DNA from: Perkinsus olseni
Taxonomy: Eukaryota
DNA length: 55,134 nt
Assembly (NCBI GenBank): GCA_013115125.1
Contig: JABANN010000188.1
Location: 1-55,134 of the forward strand
Reading direction: 5' to 3'
The first letter of the stretch is position 1, and each line of letters starts with the position of its first letter. Below, piece by piece: positions 1-12,364 of this stretch. The notes below the pieces were generated by a model. The model did no database searches. It was not told the DNA's origin and saw only the letters and a program-made list of their open reading frames with translations. A program made the translations under genes and the position numbers.

Positions 1-3000
1 TTTCGTAACTCGTCCCAGTTGGAGCTGGCGGCGAGAAAAACACGATATTCCAAATTTATTTGGAGGGCTGTATTTCCCTCGCTCTTGCCAAGGAAGAGAG
101 ACCGAGTGGAACGATAGCGGTGTCGCTCAACATCCCCGTCGGAGTCGGGTGTATCCGTGCTGCACTATCGCCCTCAGAGTGGTCGCGTCCATGAAGCGGT
201 TCGAAGTCATAAACCCCTCCAACATCGTCAAGGGAGCATTCAAGGTCCCCAACGTCGTCTTCAAATCCATCTTCCCGGAACCCCTCATGGACGGCGACCT
301 CATCGAGTTCACCGCTCCCGGAGGCTTCGACCTCCGCGGCTTGACCGCTGGCTCGTGCAACGAGTAATGCACCGCGCCGGTATGCTGAACGATCAGGGTC
401 CATTGGCAGGTACGTGGCGTCGCCGTTGTTGACGACGAAGCCATCTTGCCAGTGCTCGAGCGTTGGCTGCAGTATGACCTTCGTTCTCAAGTACGACAGA
501 GTTCGCTCCGTACCATCACACCGCCTCCTCTCAGCGAGGGGAGTACCCCTGCCTTGTCGCAAGGGGCCCTTCTGGAGTTCACAGTGTCAACTGTCAACCC
601 TATAAAATCGCCCACATTGATGAGGTCGTTCTGGAAGGTCTCCCATACTAGGTAGGTGATGCACGACCTCAACTTCCTCCTAGGAAGGCGTCTCACAGGG
701 GGTCCACAGTCCGAGCTGCGGACGGCACGAAAGGCTGGGAGGTGATCTCGCAGCTCACTGGGGTCAGCGTAGACCTCGTCGGTGTCAACCAAGGGGCGGG
801 AAGCTACTCAGACATCGACATCACCTTCACCAGCGTCAGCGCAGCCAGAGTGTTGCGAGTAAGAATCTTTTCTCTTGAGGTGGTCGACTAAAGATCTTTT
901 CCAGATAGAAGCAACGGAGCCCTCGGGCTTCGACTTCATGGATGCCCAAGTCGATCCTCCGGTCCAGATGGTTCCGGTAAGCCTACCACGACACGGCCCT
1001 CGAGATCGCCCAGCCTCAGTTCGAGCTCACGGATGAAGAGCTGGCCACGGAGGGCGCTACCCGCTCATTCGTAGTCCTGTCCAACGTGAACATCTTCGTC
1101 GGTGCCGCTACTACAGTCAGGGTGTCAAATGTGAGGCCTAGCGTCGTTCCGAGGGGGAGGCTGTAGTCTTAGGTCCGCCTAGGGGATGTGGGGGGTCAGT
1201 CAGTCTTCACGGTCGAGACGTTCAAGGACCTCCTCAGCATGGACGCTCTCATTGACGAGAGCAGAGGCTTCGATGAGGGCTTCAGCCTGCCCGGAAAGGT
1301 GCCGTCAGGAGGCCTCAGGGACCCCTCGCTACAACGCCCTTCATTCCCCCATTCTCGAAGCTTAGCGAGGGCGTTTCTATTGTCTTTGTCTCGGCCAATG
1401 AATCATCCAGCAGGACTCGAGAGTGTTCAGGTGATCGTCCTCGACGGAGAGGAGGACCCCTCGACAGCACCCCACCTCAGCAGTAAGGGAAGGGCCACGT
1501 TAAGGCGAGGGAAGAGAGCTCCTCGTGCTCAGGCATGTTCGCGGAGCAAGCCTGGCTTCATCCTGTGAAGTCACTTCTGGCGGCGCGAGTTGACGAGGAG
1601 GCAAGAGCGGTGTTCTCGGTGAGGTTCACACAGAATGTAGGGCATCTGCTTCGCTGGCCTGTTTGCCACTCTGTTTGCTTCTCAGGTGTACGCTAAGGAG
1701 AAGCTCATCATTGGGGTAGAGATGGTGGTGCCTGAGGTCGTTACACCGTCGCCATCGGAAGAGGGTGAGTAGGGCATGTTGTGGTATCGCGGATGAGTCT
1801 CTCAAGATGCCACCACGACGCCCATAGTGGTCGAAGCACCACCGCCTGTGCCGTACGAGCTGAAAAGCAAGAGTTTCATCGTGCGTGGCACATCCTCGGT
1901 GAGCCTGGTGCCAGGGGCCGGGCAGCTGGATGGGAAGCGTAGGTTCAAACTGCCACTGCAGTGGACAAGGCCACCGGTAACATCGAATGCCTGCTCCTCG
2001 GCCACGACGGGGAGGTGGTGTTGAACACAGAGGAGACGTACGTCCAGGGACCGATCGGCAACTTTTTCGAGTGGATTTCCCAGATACGAGATCGTCATGA
2101 CTGTTGTCCCGAAGCCGGGTAAGCAGACCTGGAGGATGTACACTCAGAAGGCTGGAGAGGCTCTTCCGAGCAACACGAATGATGGCGGGACGCCGGGGTT
2201 CAGCCCGGTAAAGAACGTCCGAGGGCCCTGGGGCGATACCTCTCTCTATCAGGTCTTGGCTCTAGGCATGACGGTGACTCCCTTAAGGAAGCCACCGAGG
2301 GCGGAAATAGAGGTGGACCTCAAGTTCGACGTGAGGGGGCAAGAGATATCGGTAAGCACCCCCTGTTGTTGGCAGGGCTGTACGAGCTTCCTTGGCAGGC
2401 ACTCACAGTGATCGCTCCAGAGGGCTTCAGTTTTCCACCCGAGGGATGCGGCCCGGTGTGCTTCCCAGAAGGGGAATGGGCCAACACTGGGAGGCGCATC
2501 GCGGTTATTCGCAGCACCGTTGGTAGGCGAGCCCGCCAGCCTCTCCAGGCCAGCTGGTCTGTTCGTCGTAGGAATTACCATCCCACCTCAAGTCACCAAA
2601 AGTCCAATACGGATCATGGCCATCACTCCCGACAGGAGCCCCGCCTCTCTTAAGTGGTTCTTCGAAGCTGCCGACCGCGGCGTGAGTCTCGAGAGGGCGC
2701 TGCTGATACTGGGTAACTTGAGTGTCTCTCAGGGCACGGCTTTGGGTTGGGCGGAGGGCGATGGCTTCGAAGTCGACCAGATGCGCAATGTGAAGCTGTC
2801 GTAAGTTGGCTGCCCTCCGCGGGGCTTATTGGCCGGCTCTCATCAGATATGCCGGAATTTCGAGTGCCGTGGCGACAGAAGAGATATTGGTGTGGTTCGC
2901 GCTGAGCTTCGACGTCTCGGCGGCCAGAGCTAGCCAGATCGTAGTCGTGCAGCCGAAAGAGTGAGTCGAAGGGCAGCCGAGGGCAGTCGCGACCCTGTTC

Positions 3001-4121
3001 TTCAGATACAAGCTGCGATGCTCTGACGCGGCTTTTGTGGTCCCTGTGTCCTTGCCTGGTGGGCATCCAGAATGCACGGAAGAGTATCCCCTCACATTAA
3101 CCCTTAATAATAACGGGTAAGTATATCATCCACTGAGCGATGGATGCACTTTCATGTCATCATTGTAGCACTTCACTGGACGTCGGGAGCTATGCATTCA
3201 CAGTGAGGCTGCAGAACCCAGCAACCACGCCTGGGAACAACACGTTTGATGTCCTCGTTAAGAGCAGCGACGGAAAGGTGGGGCTGCTCCTCCCGTGTAG
3301 CCAGGGCTCTCACTTCCTCCCAGGTTGTGGATGCAGCATTCGGTGTGCCTGGCTTGGACATAGCGGCGGCGTACGTCGTGGACCCCTTCGTCTACTGGTC
3401 GTCCAGTATCCCAAGCAGCATGACTCGGGTCAGGATTGCGGCGAAGCTATTCGCTGGCCAACTAGAAATCTCAGATCACGATTGGCTTCGAAGTGAAGGC
3501 CAGTGTTGACACGTTCAAGGCGATTTTGATTACACTACCACCGGACTTCGTCCACCTCATTGGCAACCCCACCGAGATCATCAACGATAATAAGGACTTC
3601 CCGGTCGCCTCGGGTGAACATATTTGCCTGAAACTGCATAGTGAAGTCACTTGTTCATGGCTGTGCAGGAACTGTTTGGGCCGACGTGAGCAATTCAAAC
3701 AGAGTGAAGATTCTCATGGACGATACCACCGCTCTCACCGTCATACGCCCCGGGTAAGCCGAGTGCAGCTGAGAGGGTTTGGCTTCTCTGACTGTGCTCA
3801 GGAAGTATTCATGGACCTTCCCGATCCGGCTGCCGAGGGAACTGCCGGGGAGAAATATATGGTACATTTCTTTCTGTGGGAGTAGAGAATGCAACCAGCA
3901 TGATGGGGATAACGTAGGTGGGGGACGGCTCGGTTCATCGGACGAATATCTATCAGGTCATTATTGATCACCCTGTTCCTGGCTTCGATTTCTACGACGA
4001 GTCTCCTGTTACCGTCTTGAACACCGAGCCGGGTTCTGTCGCAACCCATAGCACCCCGCCAGACTCAGCTATTCCGCTTTCAACGATTATTGTTTTGTTC
4101 GCAGCGATTGTGTATTATTAA
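1..4121 (+). CDS. 3' part of a large multi-exon putative cell-surface protein built from repeated beta-rich modules, with a hydrophobic C-terminus (GPI signal or tail anchor); 5' end outside the window
   Basis: Chain of + strand exons separated by short GT..AG introns. Recurring motifs FTAPGGFDL..C, IAPEGFSF..C, ITLPPDF and TVNPIKSP / LQNPATTP. The last exon ends ...PDSAIPLSTIIVLFAAIVYY* at 4121. Confidence 0.7.
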
Positions 4122-4518
4122 ATTCATCTCATTTATGAGGATTCGCATGATTGTATGTATGATTGCTTAGCGGTTGTTACGCTTGGGAGGGGTTGAGTTG
4201 ATAGTCACAGACTCATGAGGGCCACCACAGACTGAGGAAATCTCTCACTAAATAACACAGTATTCATGAGGACTCGAAGAACGCGAACGGATGGCGCAAA
4301 GAAGCCGATGACATCAAAAAGACGCCATTGAAGTTCGCAGAACTCCTGGGGCCGCCTGATTTGCCGTGTTCGTTTTCTACCTCAAGTTCACGCGCGCGCG
4401 ACTTGCAAGTACAGGTGAACTGTTGACCCCTTCAAAAACTCAAGCTCCATCGTTGAAATGAGAATCGTTGTTGGATTGTGATGATGATATTGACAAGGCA
4501 TTCTATGGGGCACTGGGC

Positions 4519-5518
4519 TCAATTGGGGTTGTCCGCGGCACCATCTTCGGCAGGGAGTACCTGAGGTTGACTGACGAGAGCAGGCCGCACGACTGAGCCT
4601 ACCTTAACAGTGCTTGAATTGCCACACCCTGGGCAGGAGGTACTCTGCATCGAATCGGCTCTCCCTCGGGAGAGGTGACCTCGATCTGAACCGACACATG
4701 CACCCTCCGTGATCACAGAATTCATCGCTACCATGAGATGTCCTTTGTTCTGTCCAATCCTAGCATGGGAGCCTCCCTCTGCAGATCCTTCCGCTGCACT
4801 CAGTGCCTCCACGCCCGACATTGCTTCCGGGTCACGGAAGTTGAGAGCCTGACTAGTTTGCATGACGGAAGCGGAAGCGCGTTTCTCGCCTCCCACCAAG
4901 ATTTGTCCAGCGCCCTTCCACCCCACTGAAAATTCATTAACCTTGGCCGGAGTGTCCCCTTCAGCTGGCTGTGTGAGGACAAGCTTCATCGGATTGTTAC
5001 CGGAAGCCTAATGGCAAAGCACATGAAACGCATGAGTCAGGAGCGAGGCTGACCTCAGGGTTGCGCACGACGTTGCCGAAGTCGAGCTTGAGGCGGATGT
5101 TCTTTCCATTTGCCTGGGGGTCGGTATAGTAGAATTGATTGATGGGGAGTGCGGGCTTCGTGAAGCCGCCGAATTTGTTGCCGCTCCAACTCTTCTTATA
5201 GAAGGAGTTGCCGTTCCCGCCCGCCTTGTAGCCCTGACCGTTGCCATAGCCCCCGTTACCGATTTTTTTCTGATAGCCTCCGTAGCCGTAACTTTTCTGG
5301 TAGCCGCCGTTCCCATAACTCTTTTGGTAGCCGCCGATACCATAGCTCTTGCCGTAATTGTTGCCATAACCTTGACTGTAGCCTCCATTGCCACTGCCGT
5401 TCCCACTCTGGCTGTAATAGGAGCAGCGCCCTCCGCTGCTCGCTGACAGCAGACAAGGCACCGCCCTTTGAACGAGGCTCTTCGCACCGCCGACGGAATA
5501 AGACGATGGGACCAACAT
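4519..5518 (-). CDS. Hypothetical protein: basic, acid-free N-terminus (possible mitochondrial presequence), Gly/Tyr/Asn-rich repeat region and a small globular C-terminal domain
   Basis: ATG at 5518. ORF 4997-5518 joins ORF 4519-4989 in frame through a 46-nt GT..AG intron at 5053-5008 (VRNPE|ASGNNPMKLVLTQP). Further small introns are likely. Confidence 0.7.
5222..5410 (-). repeat. Coding tandem repeat, about 30-nt period, encoding GGYQKSYG(N/Y/I)-type units
   Basis: Translation reads GGYSQGYGNNYGKSYGIGGYQKSYGNGGYQKSYGYGGYQKKIGNGGYGNGQGY. Confidence 0.85.
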
Positions 5519-5762
5519 TGGAACTTTCCCCCAACTACAACAGACTTTACTTCCACCTTCAACGCGAAAAAAGAGTTTTCATGAAATAAGGAGCCAGCAT
5601 GAATAACTATGACTTCAACAGTGTACACATCACAGGTGGTATATACATCACAGGAGAGCTGCTAACATGCTTCATGTTACTACTCAACCACATCATCATC
5701 ATCATCATCAGAACATTTCATCGCTTTCGGTCAAGTCGCTATCTCCAGTCGGACCTGACCAG

Positions 5763-8700
5763 CTAATGCGTAAATACGCTCAGTACTGCTGTTACCAGCA
5801 TCACAGCAGCGCCCTGACCCGAGGCCAGCCTCCAAGTCAGCAGGCATCTGAGAGAACTACGGAGTGAGCGAGGTGATGGAAAGCTGTGGATCCTACCGAG
5901 CCGAGCGCCTCCTTGGCAGGCAAGCTTCGCAGACTCTCTCGCCTGGGCGACTCCGACTGCTGAGAATTGACGAGCGGCCGTTCCGGAGTGCCCAAGGCCT
6001 ACGCAGGGATCCACTGCTGCCGGAGTTGCTAGTAAACACAGGCTGCCATTGGCCCCCGTGCAGAGCCTGTCTCGCCATTCCTCAAGCGTCTTCTTATTCG
6101 GGAGGACCTGCGCACCACTCCAACGCCAACTTCCGAGCGGAGGCAGCGTACACTTCTATCCTTGGTGCTCTCCATCTCCCTCTCTATGAAGAACGTCCTC
6201 ATCAGGCCCTTACCCTTTATGAACATATCCCCCCGGTCGACCAGCTCGAAGTCCCCTTGTATGCGCTGCGCTGTGGCCTCCGAGCAATGCACCTGAGCCG
6301 CCGCCGCTGCAGCTGCTGTGGCCTTGTGGGGCCGCTCACCTTCATGGGCTCGCCGTGGCTCTCCATCCGAGACGCTGTGTTCACACAGTCGCCCCAGACG
6401 TCGTAGATGAACTTCTTCCGGCCAATCACCCCCGCCACGCAAGAGCCAGAGTGACACCCGACCCGCAGTGCCAGAGGGTTACCCATGTCATCGCAAAACC
6501 TGGAGAGGCCACAGCAGAGGCCATCACGGCGACTAAGCAGGAGCGGGCTAATACACGCCAACATCAGCAACCATGTCGAGCCCCATGCGGGCTACAGCGT
6601 GAGCGTGGAGGGGATGGGGGGTGGGCAGGCCTGCCGCTGCCATGTACCTTACATGATGCGGTCGTGCGCAAAGAAGGATGACCGGCAGCGTACGCGTCCC
6701 CGATAGTTTTTATTTTCTCGAGGCCGTGCTTCTCGGCGATATTGTCAAACATGAAGAAGAGCTCATTGAGCAGCAACAGGACTTGTTCGGGAGGCACTCT
6801 CGAGGAGATAGAGGTGAACCCAACGACGTCAGCGAAGAGGATTGATGCATCGCTGTAACTGATAGCAGAATAAGCCGGAGTCCTGCTACAACGAGTCCGC
6901 TAATAATGATGAGTATCGGCAGTTCGACAGCGGCAATCTACGGACGGTAAAAGAAGTGTAAAGTGTAAAGGAGTAGCAGCAGCAGATACAATGTGGGAAT
7001 GACAAGCATGCAATATTCTCTCCTACGGAAAGCCCACAAACTTCTCATTTTCCATCCCTCAATCTGAATGCACACTGGCGTCAACAGACTCCGTCAAAAT
7101 ACGGTGCACACGAAGAAGACACGCGTGAGCCTCCAGAAGGTCGAACCTTACAACTCAGCGAGTGCCGAGTTATACAAGCCGCTAGTTGAGGCATTTCCAC
7201 CAACCGCCGCCGCCGCCGCGGCTGCTGCTGCTGTAGCTGCTATGCCCGCAAAACTCCGACTGTGCGGCACGCCACTACGCTTAGTGCTCTTGCCAGTGAG
7301 CAGCTGCGCTTGAGAGGATGCCGCCGCTATCTGAAGGGATCCTGCCAAATCTGCCTAACAGCACGATAGTCTCCTACTTGCATGGTGAAGGCCGCTGAGT
7401 TCTGACTACTGATGGCGTAACCCCCCTGCTGCTGGACCTGAGACCGACAAGGAAGGGACACCCCTCCGCGAGGCCGATGCCGAGCCCTCACTCCGTTAGG
7501 AACGTGCAAGTAGTTGGACTGGCCACAGTTGGTTTGAGCCAGCAGCTGACCTACCGACGATACACCTGAGCTTCGTGACTGCACCGCACCCACAGACCAC
7601 CCGCCGCCGTACTCCGGGCCGTGTTGCACACCGACACCGCGCTGAGGTCCTGCTGCTGCCGCTCCTTCAGAGTGTCAATGATCCGTTTGGGAAGTACCTT
7701 AACGTAGATTCGAACCTGGCTCGTTCGCAGCGACGCACATTCCTGAGTAGCCGGTCACTTCTCTGTGACTCAATAGTAACCATCAGTGACTGCACGAAGT
7801 CCTTGCGGCCCAACACCTACAGCAGCCACGGCCACGGGCTCACCGAGGCTCGGCGATACTACCTCGAGCGAGTAGGTGAGTATTGCCATGAACAGAGCAC
7901 TCACTACCATGATGACGGGGTCCGTCGGAAGGTCGAAGAATTCGCCATGACGCTCAGCCACCGTTGGGAAGGAGGCGCGCAGGGCCACAAAGAGGACAAT
8001 CTGGTACCTGTTTACAACACTAGACTATCGAGATTCAAGAGAGGCTGATCGATGTGCAACCTTACACAGAGACAGCGACCATGAGGATGAACCTGAGCCT
8101 GTAGAGGCAGGCGGTGACCAGAAGCAGGATGCAGAAGGTACTGGCCTCGTCCATCGGCCACGTGTACCAAGCAATCAGTTCCGGCCCCAGGTACCTGTTG
8201 AAGGGGTACCTCAGCCGTGAGGCATGTGCCCTTCATCACATCCAGAGGAGAGCCAGTGTGGTTGTGAACCAAGCAAAGCAGGACTGGAAGGCCTGGAAGT
8301 ACTGCACTAGCCAGCGGCGTGAAGATCTCCGACGAGGACGGTTGGAGGAACGTCCCACACTCTCATGGGAGGCTCGAAGGGAGGCCGTGCTGCTGCTGCT
8401 GCGAGGAGGAGGCGACGGCTCCCGAACTAGGATCGAGACGATAGTAAAGTGAATCTAAAGAGCCACGATAGAGGATGGGAGGATACTCCGGGGCCCGGAG
8501 TCCGGGCTCACCAGGCCAAGATAGATGAGAGCGTTGAGGGGCTCGGCCAGTAGGACCCTGCCGAATGTCGCCTCCGGGTAACGGTTGTGGAGCGACTCGT
8601 ACCTACGAATACGGAAGTTCATGGACAGTCCATCGAAGGTGACGATGATGATGGTGCGAGCGTGTGCTGCCTCCCAAAGACCACTAACTTAGGGCCACAA

Positions 8701-9775
8701 CAAGGAAGCCTCCGAGGACCAGTATGAGGCTCAACACTCGTATCAATTGTAAACTCTTATATGCTAAGTCAATTTGGTACCTGAAGGCTGTCCAATAAGA
8801 CGACCGGCAGGTCCTGCCGGGCAGGATAAGTACAATACCCTTTCTCGAGGCCGGGGTTCTCGAACTCCAGTGTGAGCCAATGCATGCTCTGGCCGTGGCG
8901 AGCCCAGAGCTCGTGTCGGTTCAACTTGTCGTAGAGCACCGCGTCCCATTTACCTACAGCACTCCCGTAGGGGCCAGAGACAGCGGGCGCCGGAGTGCTC
9001 AGAAATGCATGACAGCAGTTCACCGATTATTACAGTATAATTTTCCGTTTTTGGGGTTCTTGCAATCGTGTAACCTCAGAGGAATGCGGAGGGTCCAAGG
9101 AAGCAGAGACACAACGGAGAAGTCCCACCTGATCACCGAAAATGTCCTCTCCAAGCAGACGTTAGACGAACAAACTGTGAGGGGCTGGCGGTACCTTATC
9201 AAGGCACCCTTGCCCCTTGGGGGAGGTAGCGGAAAGGCATCCCATTCGGGAGGGTCACTAGCCCCGCTATTCTTCACCTCTGCAGTACCATTGAGAGTAC
9301 CTGTACCGCCCGCTCTCAGTAAGGTACGACCATGCTAGAGACCGTACTCGTGGATCCCCTATTGGTGACACGCATCGGCCCACCATCCATCACAGCAGGG
9401 CCGTGCTCCAGCGAGGAAGCCCTGGTCACCACACCCTTGCCCCTTCACAAGACTTATGGCTACTACTACTACTACTACCTGCCCTCTACGGAGTAAATGC
9501 TGCCTCCTGCTTGATGCTCCATCTCGGTGGACGAGGACTTTCGGGAACGGAATAGCCTCATCTTCCAATGACAAACTACTGTTACCTCGTCGCAAGAGTA
9601 GAAATCCCACCTCCTAGAAGCTGTGATAAGGCCACCAGTGGACTCAAGCGGCGAATGGTACAGCCCTCATGCCCCACCCCGACCCCCAGCAGTATAACAC
9701 TACCAACGCAAAGCCCACTGGGGACCTAGCCGTAGTATGAGACACAGCTTGTGCGACAGTGCAGTCGGACATCAT
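5763..9775 (-). CDS. Multi-exon membrane-bound class III nucleotidyl cyclase, adenylyl-type (N-terminal region, several TM helices, single catalytic domain); ends approximate
   Basis: Catalytic exons at 6100-6850 read [11 protein letters not shown]...[17 protein letters not shown]...[48 protein letters not shown]...[10 protein letters not shown]. Lys in KIKT and Asp in YDVW indicate ATP specificity. Upstream - strand exons with hydrophobic segments (e.g. [18 protein letters not shown]) trace back to ATG ATG at 9775. That all of this is one gene is an inference. Confidence 0.8.
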
Positions 9776-9877
9776 CGAATCCTTAGTAGGAAGTTACAAA
9801 CGGCCGTGGTTATCGAGGCTTGCGAGTATGAGTATTAATAACATTAGGATATAGCCATCCAGCGAGGACCTCCAAGT

Positions 9878-9937
9878 CAGCGAAAGCACATTGCTTGTGA
9901 GCCTCTGGGACCCACAGCGGATGCCGTTGCGTACACT
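9878..9937 (-). other. Conserved non-coding hairpin element, copy A (about 460 nt downstream of transporter 10397-11749)
   Basis: + strand CAGCGAAAGCACATTGCTTGTGA-gcctctgggac-CCACAGCGGATGCCGTTGCGTACACT matches 12365-12420 at 47/49 flank positions. Strand and function are inferred. Confidence 0.75.
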
Positions 9938-10396
9938 AGTATGGTCCTCGCCCAACGATGGTAGTATGGAAGAATGAGTGGTGTTAATGATGACTAAGTA
10001 TTACAGAGATCGCAGGACAGTAGACAGAGAGAATAGAATGCGAGAATGATAGTCGTGTTAAGAACGACAATACTACTCCCGGCAAAGGAAAAGCTCCTAA
10101 GAGTATAGGGCACTAAGCCAGCACCGTCCATCCGGCATCAACAAGGAATCACCAGGGTAACAACAGCGATAGCAGCCTTCGAAAGACCCCACTGTGTCAC
10201 CGGGATAGAACAGCGAGGCTGCAGAGAGGTAGTGAGAGAAACTGTCTACAGCTGGACAGCTAAATGCATCATCAAATCCGCAGAGTGTAATGAACGGTCG
10301 ACGAAACCGTACTCGGTAAAAATTGGAGGAACTCTAGCTGGCTCATCAACACTCCCGCCGAAGAGATGACGGGATGCCCGCCAGCTTTCGGAGAAG

Positions 10397-11749
10397 TTAC
10401 TTACTGTAAAAGTCGATAACGCCATCAAGAGAGACCCAGGTACCGAGTACGAGGGAAACCAAGCCCACCACGATCATCAACCAGTACCACCAGTTCTTCC
10501 ACGCGAACATCTTACCCTTAGCGAGGACGAGGTTGAAGGCTCCAGGCCCCAGGAAGCAGACGATCGAGCCGGCAATGGCTCCGACGAGCCCCAGAATCAT
10601 ATTAACATCGGGCAAGGCGACCGCCACTGCGAAGGACAGGGCTACCGTTAAGGTAGCAACGAATATACCAATGATGGTTCGATGCTTCTTGGGGTTGAGA
10701 GAGTGAAGGATAGTCGTCCTTACAGGGTAGATGTTGAGCGGGAAGCAGCCGACGATGGCGACGCCCATAAGAATAAAGGCAATGCACACCATCGGATCTC
10801 CAGACTGAATCATAGGGCTGAGACTGATGAGAACACTGGAGGCGATATCGTCCCCGAAGTTGATGAAGAAGAGGATGCCAACCATTAGGTAGACGATAAC
10901 ACTGACGATCATAGACACGGCAGTGACCCTCCTCATAGCGGAAGGCTTCCGGTTCGACAGGCCCACGTAAATCTCCGGAACGTTCGGCTGACTGGCGAAG
11001 GCGAAGATGTAGGTATTGAAGGCGGACATGAGCGACCCCGTGTTGAGGGGGGTCCATGCCGTATTTACATCAAACGTGTCCGAGACGCCGTAACGGGAGA
11101 GAGTGTAAATGGCTGTGATAGCAAGGAAAACGACTCCCACCGAACCAGCCATAGTCAAATACCTGATAGAGCCGATGCCCTTGAGAAGGGAGATCGGCCA
11201 GAGAATAATGACCGTGACCAGTATGCTGAAGTAGATCCTGTTTACGAACATTATGCCGTACCAGGTATCAGGGTGGGAACCGAAGGCGGCGACGAACACA
11301 GGGTTGAAGATATCGTAGATGGTGACGATGTATGCAGCGGCAGTACCGAAGCAGAAGAGGAACATACCGATTTGGAAAACCCATCCCCATTTCTTGCCAA
11401 AGAGCATGTCGACAAGATCTTCATAAGTATCTTTCTTCGCGATATCCTGTGCTCTCACGATCATTTCGACAGAGAGGAAGGTGAAGAAGCACATAGCACA
11501 CAGCAGGATGGTGCCAGCGATGATACCGGCACAATACATAGTGTAGGGCACGGCGAGAGCACCAGCACCGAGAGTGCCTTTCATAAGGCTGAACGCGGCC
11601 GCGGCTTCAGAGCCCTCGGCCAGCACATCCCACCACTTGAAGTTGGTAGCAGTAGATTTGGCATCCTTAACAGTATACTCGCTGTCGGAGGTCGATATCT
11701 CGGTAGAGGGCAGCTCCTCCTCCTCCGTTACGTCCTTCTGCTCGGGCAT
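10397..11749 (-). CDS. Amino acid/auxin permease (AAAP, Aa_trans / SLC38-like) transporter, intronless
   Basis: About 450 aa with about 11 hydrophobic segments. Motifs FSLMKGTLGAGALAVPY, TYEDL, FAFASQPNVPEIY, FPLNIYPVR and LGLVGAIAGSIVCFLGP. ATG at 11749. Confidence 0.93.
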   Translation of the reverse strand: MPEQKDVTEEEELPSTEISTSDSEYTVKDAKSTATNFKWWDVLAEGSEAAAAFSLMKGTLGAGALAVPYTMYCAGIIAGTILLCAMCFFTFLSVEMIVRAQDIAKKDTYEDLVDMLFGKKWGWVFQIGMFLFCFGTAAAYIVTIYDIFNPVFVAAFGSHPDTWYGIMFVNRIYFSILVTVIILWPISLLKGIGSIRYLTMAGSVGVVFLAITAIYTLSRYGVSDTFDVNTAWTPLNTGSLMSAFNTYIFAFASQPNVPEIYVGLSNRKPSAMRRVTAVSMIVSVIVYLMVGILFFINFGDDIASSVLISLSPMIQSGDPMVCIAFILMGVAIVGCFPLNIYPVRTTILHSLNPKKHRTIIGIFVATLTVALSFAVAVALPDVNMILGLVGAIAGSIVCFLGPGAFNLVLAKGKMFAWKNWWYWLMIVVGLVSLVLGTWVSLDGVIDFYSK

Positions 11750-12364
11750 CACACAAAGTCAGAGGGAAATGATGAAGGCTGTCAACGAACGGGATACTAG
11801 AACACACTTTGACCCGGGAAAATTCAGAGTCGGCCGAGACCCCTCCCCTCTTCCGCGGACATGCTAGCTTGCAGTACGCTAACACGCATGAGTACTTCGA
11901 TAAATCCCACGGAGAAACACGGCCTAGATCCATCTCGGGACAGGCTGGCACAGGGCCCTCCTCAGCTCCAGTACGATTAGGGCAGCACACAATTCGGGGA
12001 CAGCTGGCCATACCCACCCACCGGGTGTCCCACTAAGACGCGTTGCAATGACATTCTCTGATAGATGCATTCGGGTACGCCTTGCCCCGATGTGTCGAAA
12101 CACAACACTTGCTCGCTTCTGAAAGTCGACTCCGTTAACCGAAGGTGAGACAGCTCGATCGCCGACAAGGCGATCAGCTCGACTGGCGAGCAAAAATGCG
12201 CTTCACGCGCCGTCCGTCATCAACCCTGGCAAGGGCAGCACTGTCCTCAGTACCATCCTAGAGCACGGAATCACTCAAAACGCCTACTAACCTTCAACAA
12301 TACTTATGGACGATGACCAGAAGAAAATACAGAAGAATGTTGTTGTTGAGAGACCGGGTAGAGC

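Noticed and set aside
5689-5709. (CAT)n/(TGA)n and (GCT)n microsatellites here and at about 7205, 27340, 27567 and 48082
   Set aside because: Ordinary short simple repeats in UTRs, introns and low-complexity exons. Not CRISPR-like, since there is no repeat-spacer structure.
9855-9875. TCCTCGCTGG on the - strand, resembling the HDV ribozyme P3/L3
   Set aside because: The required 5' P3 strand and the P1/P2 pseudoknot cannot be built.
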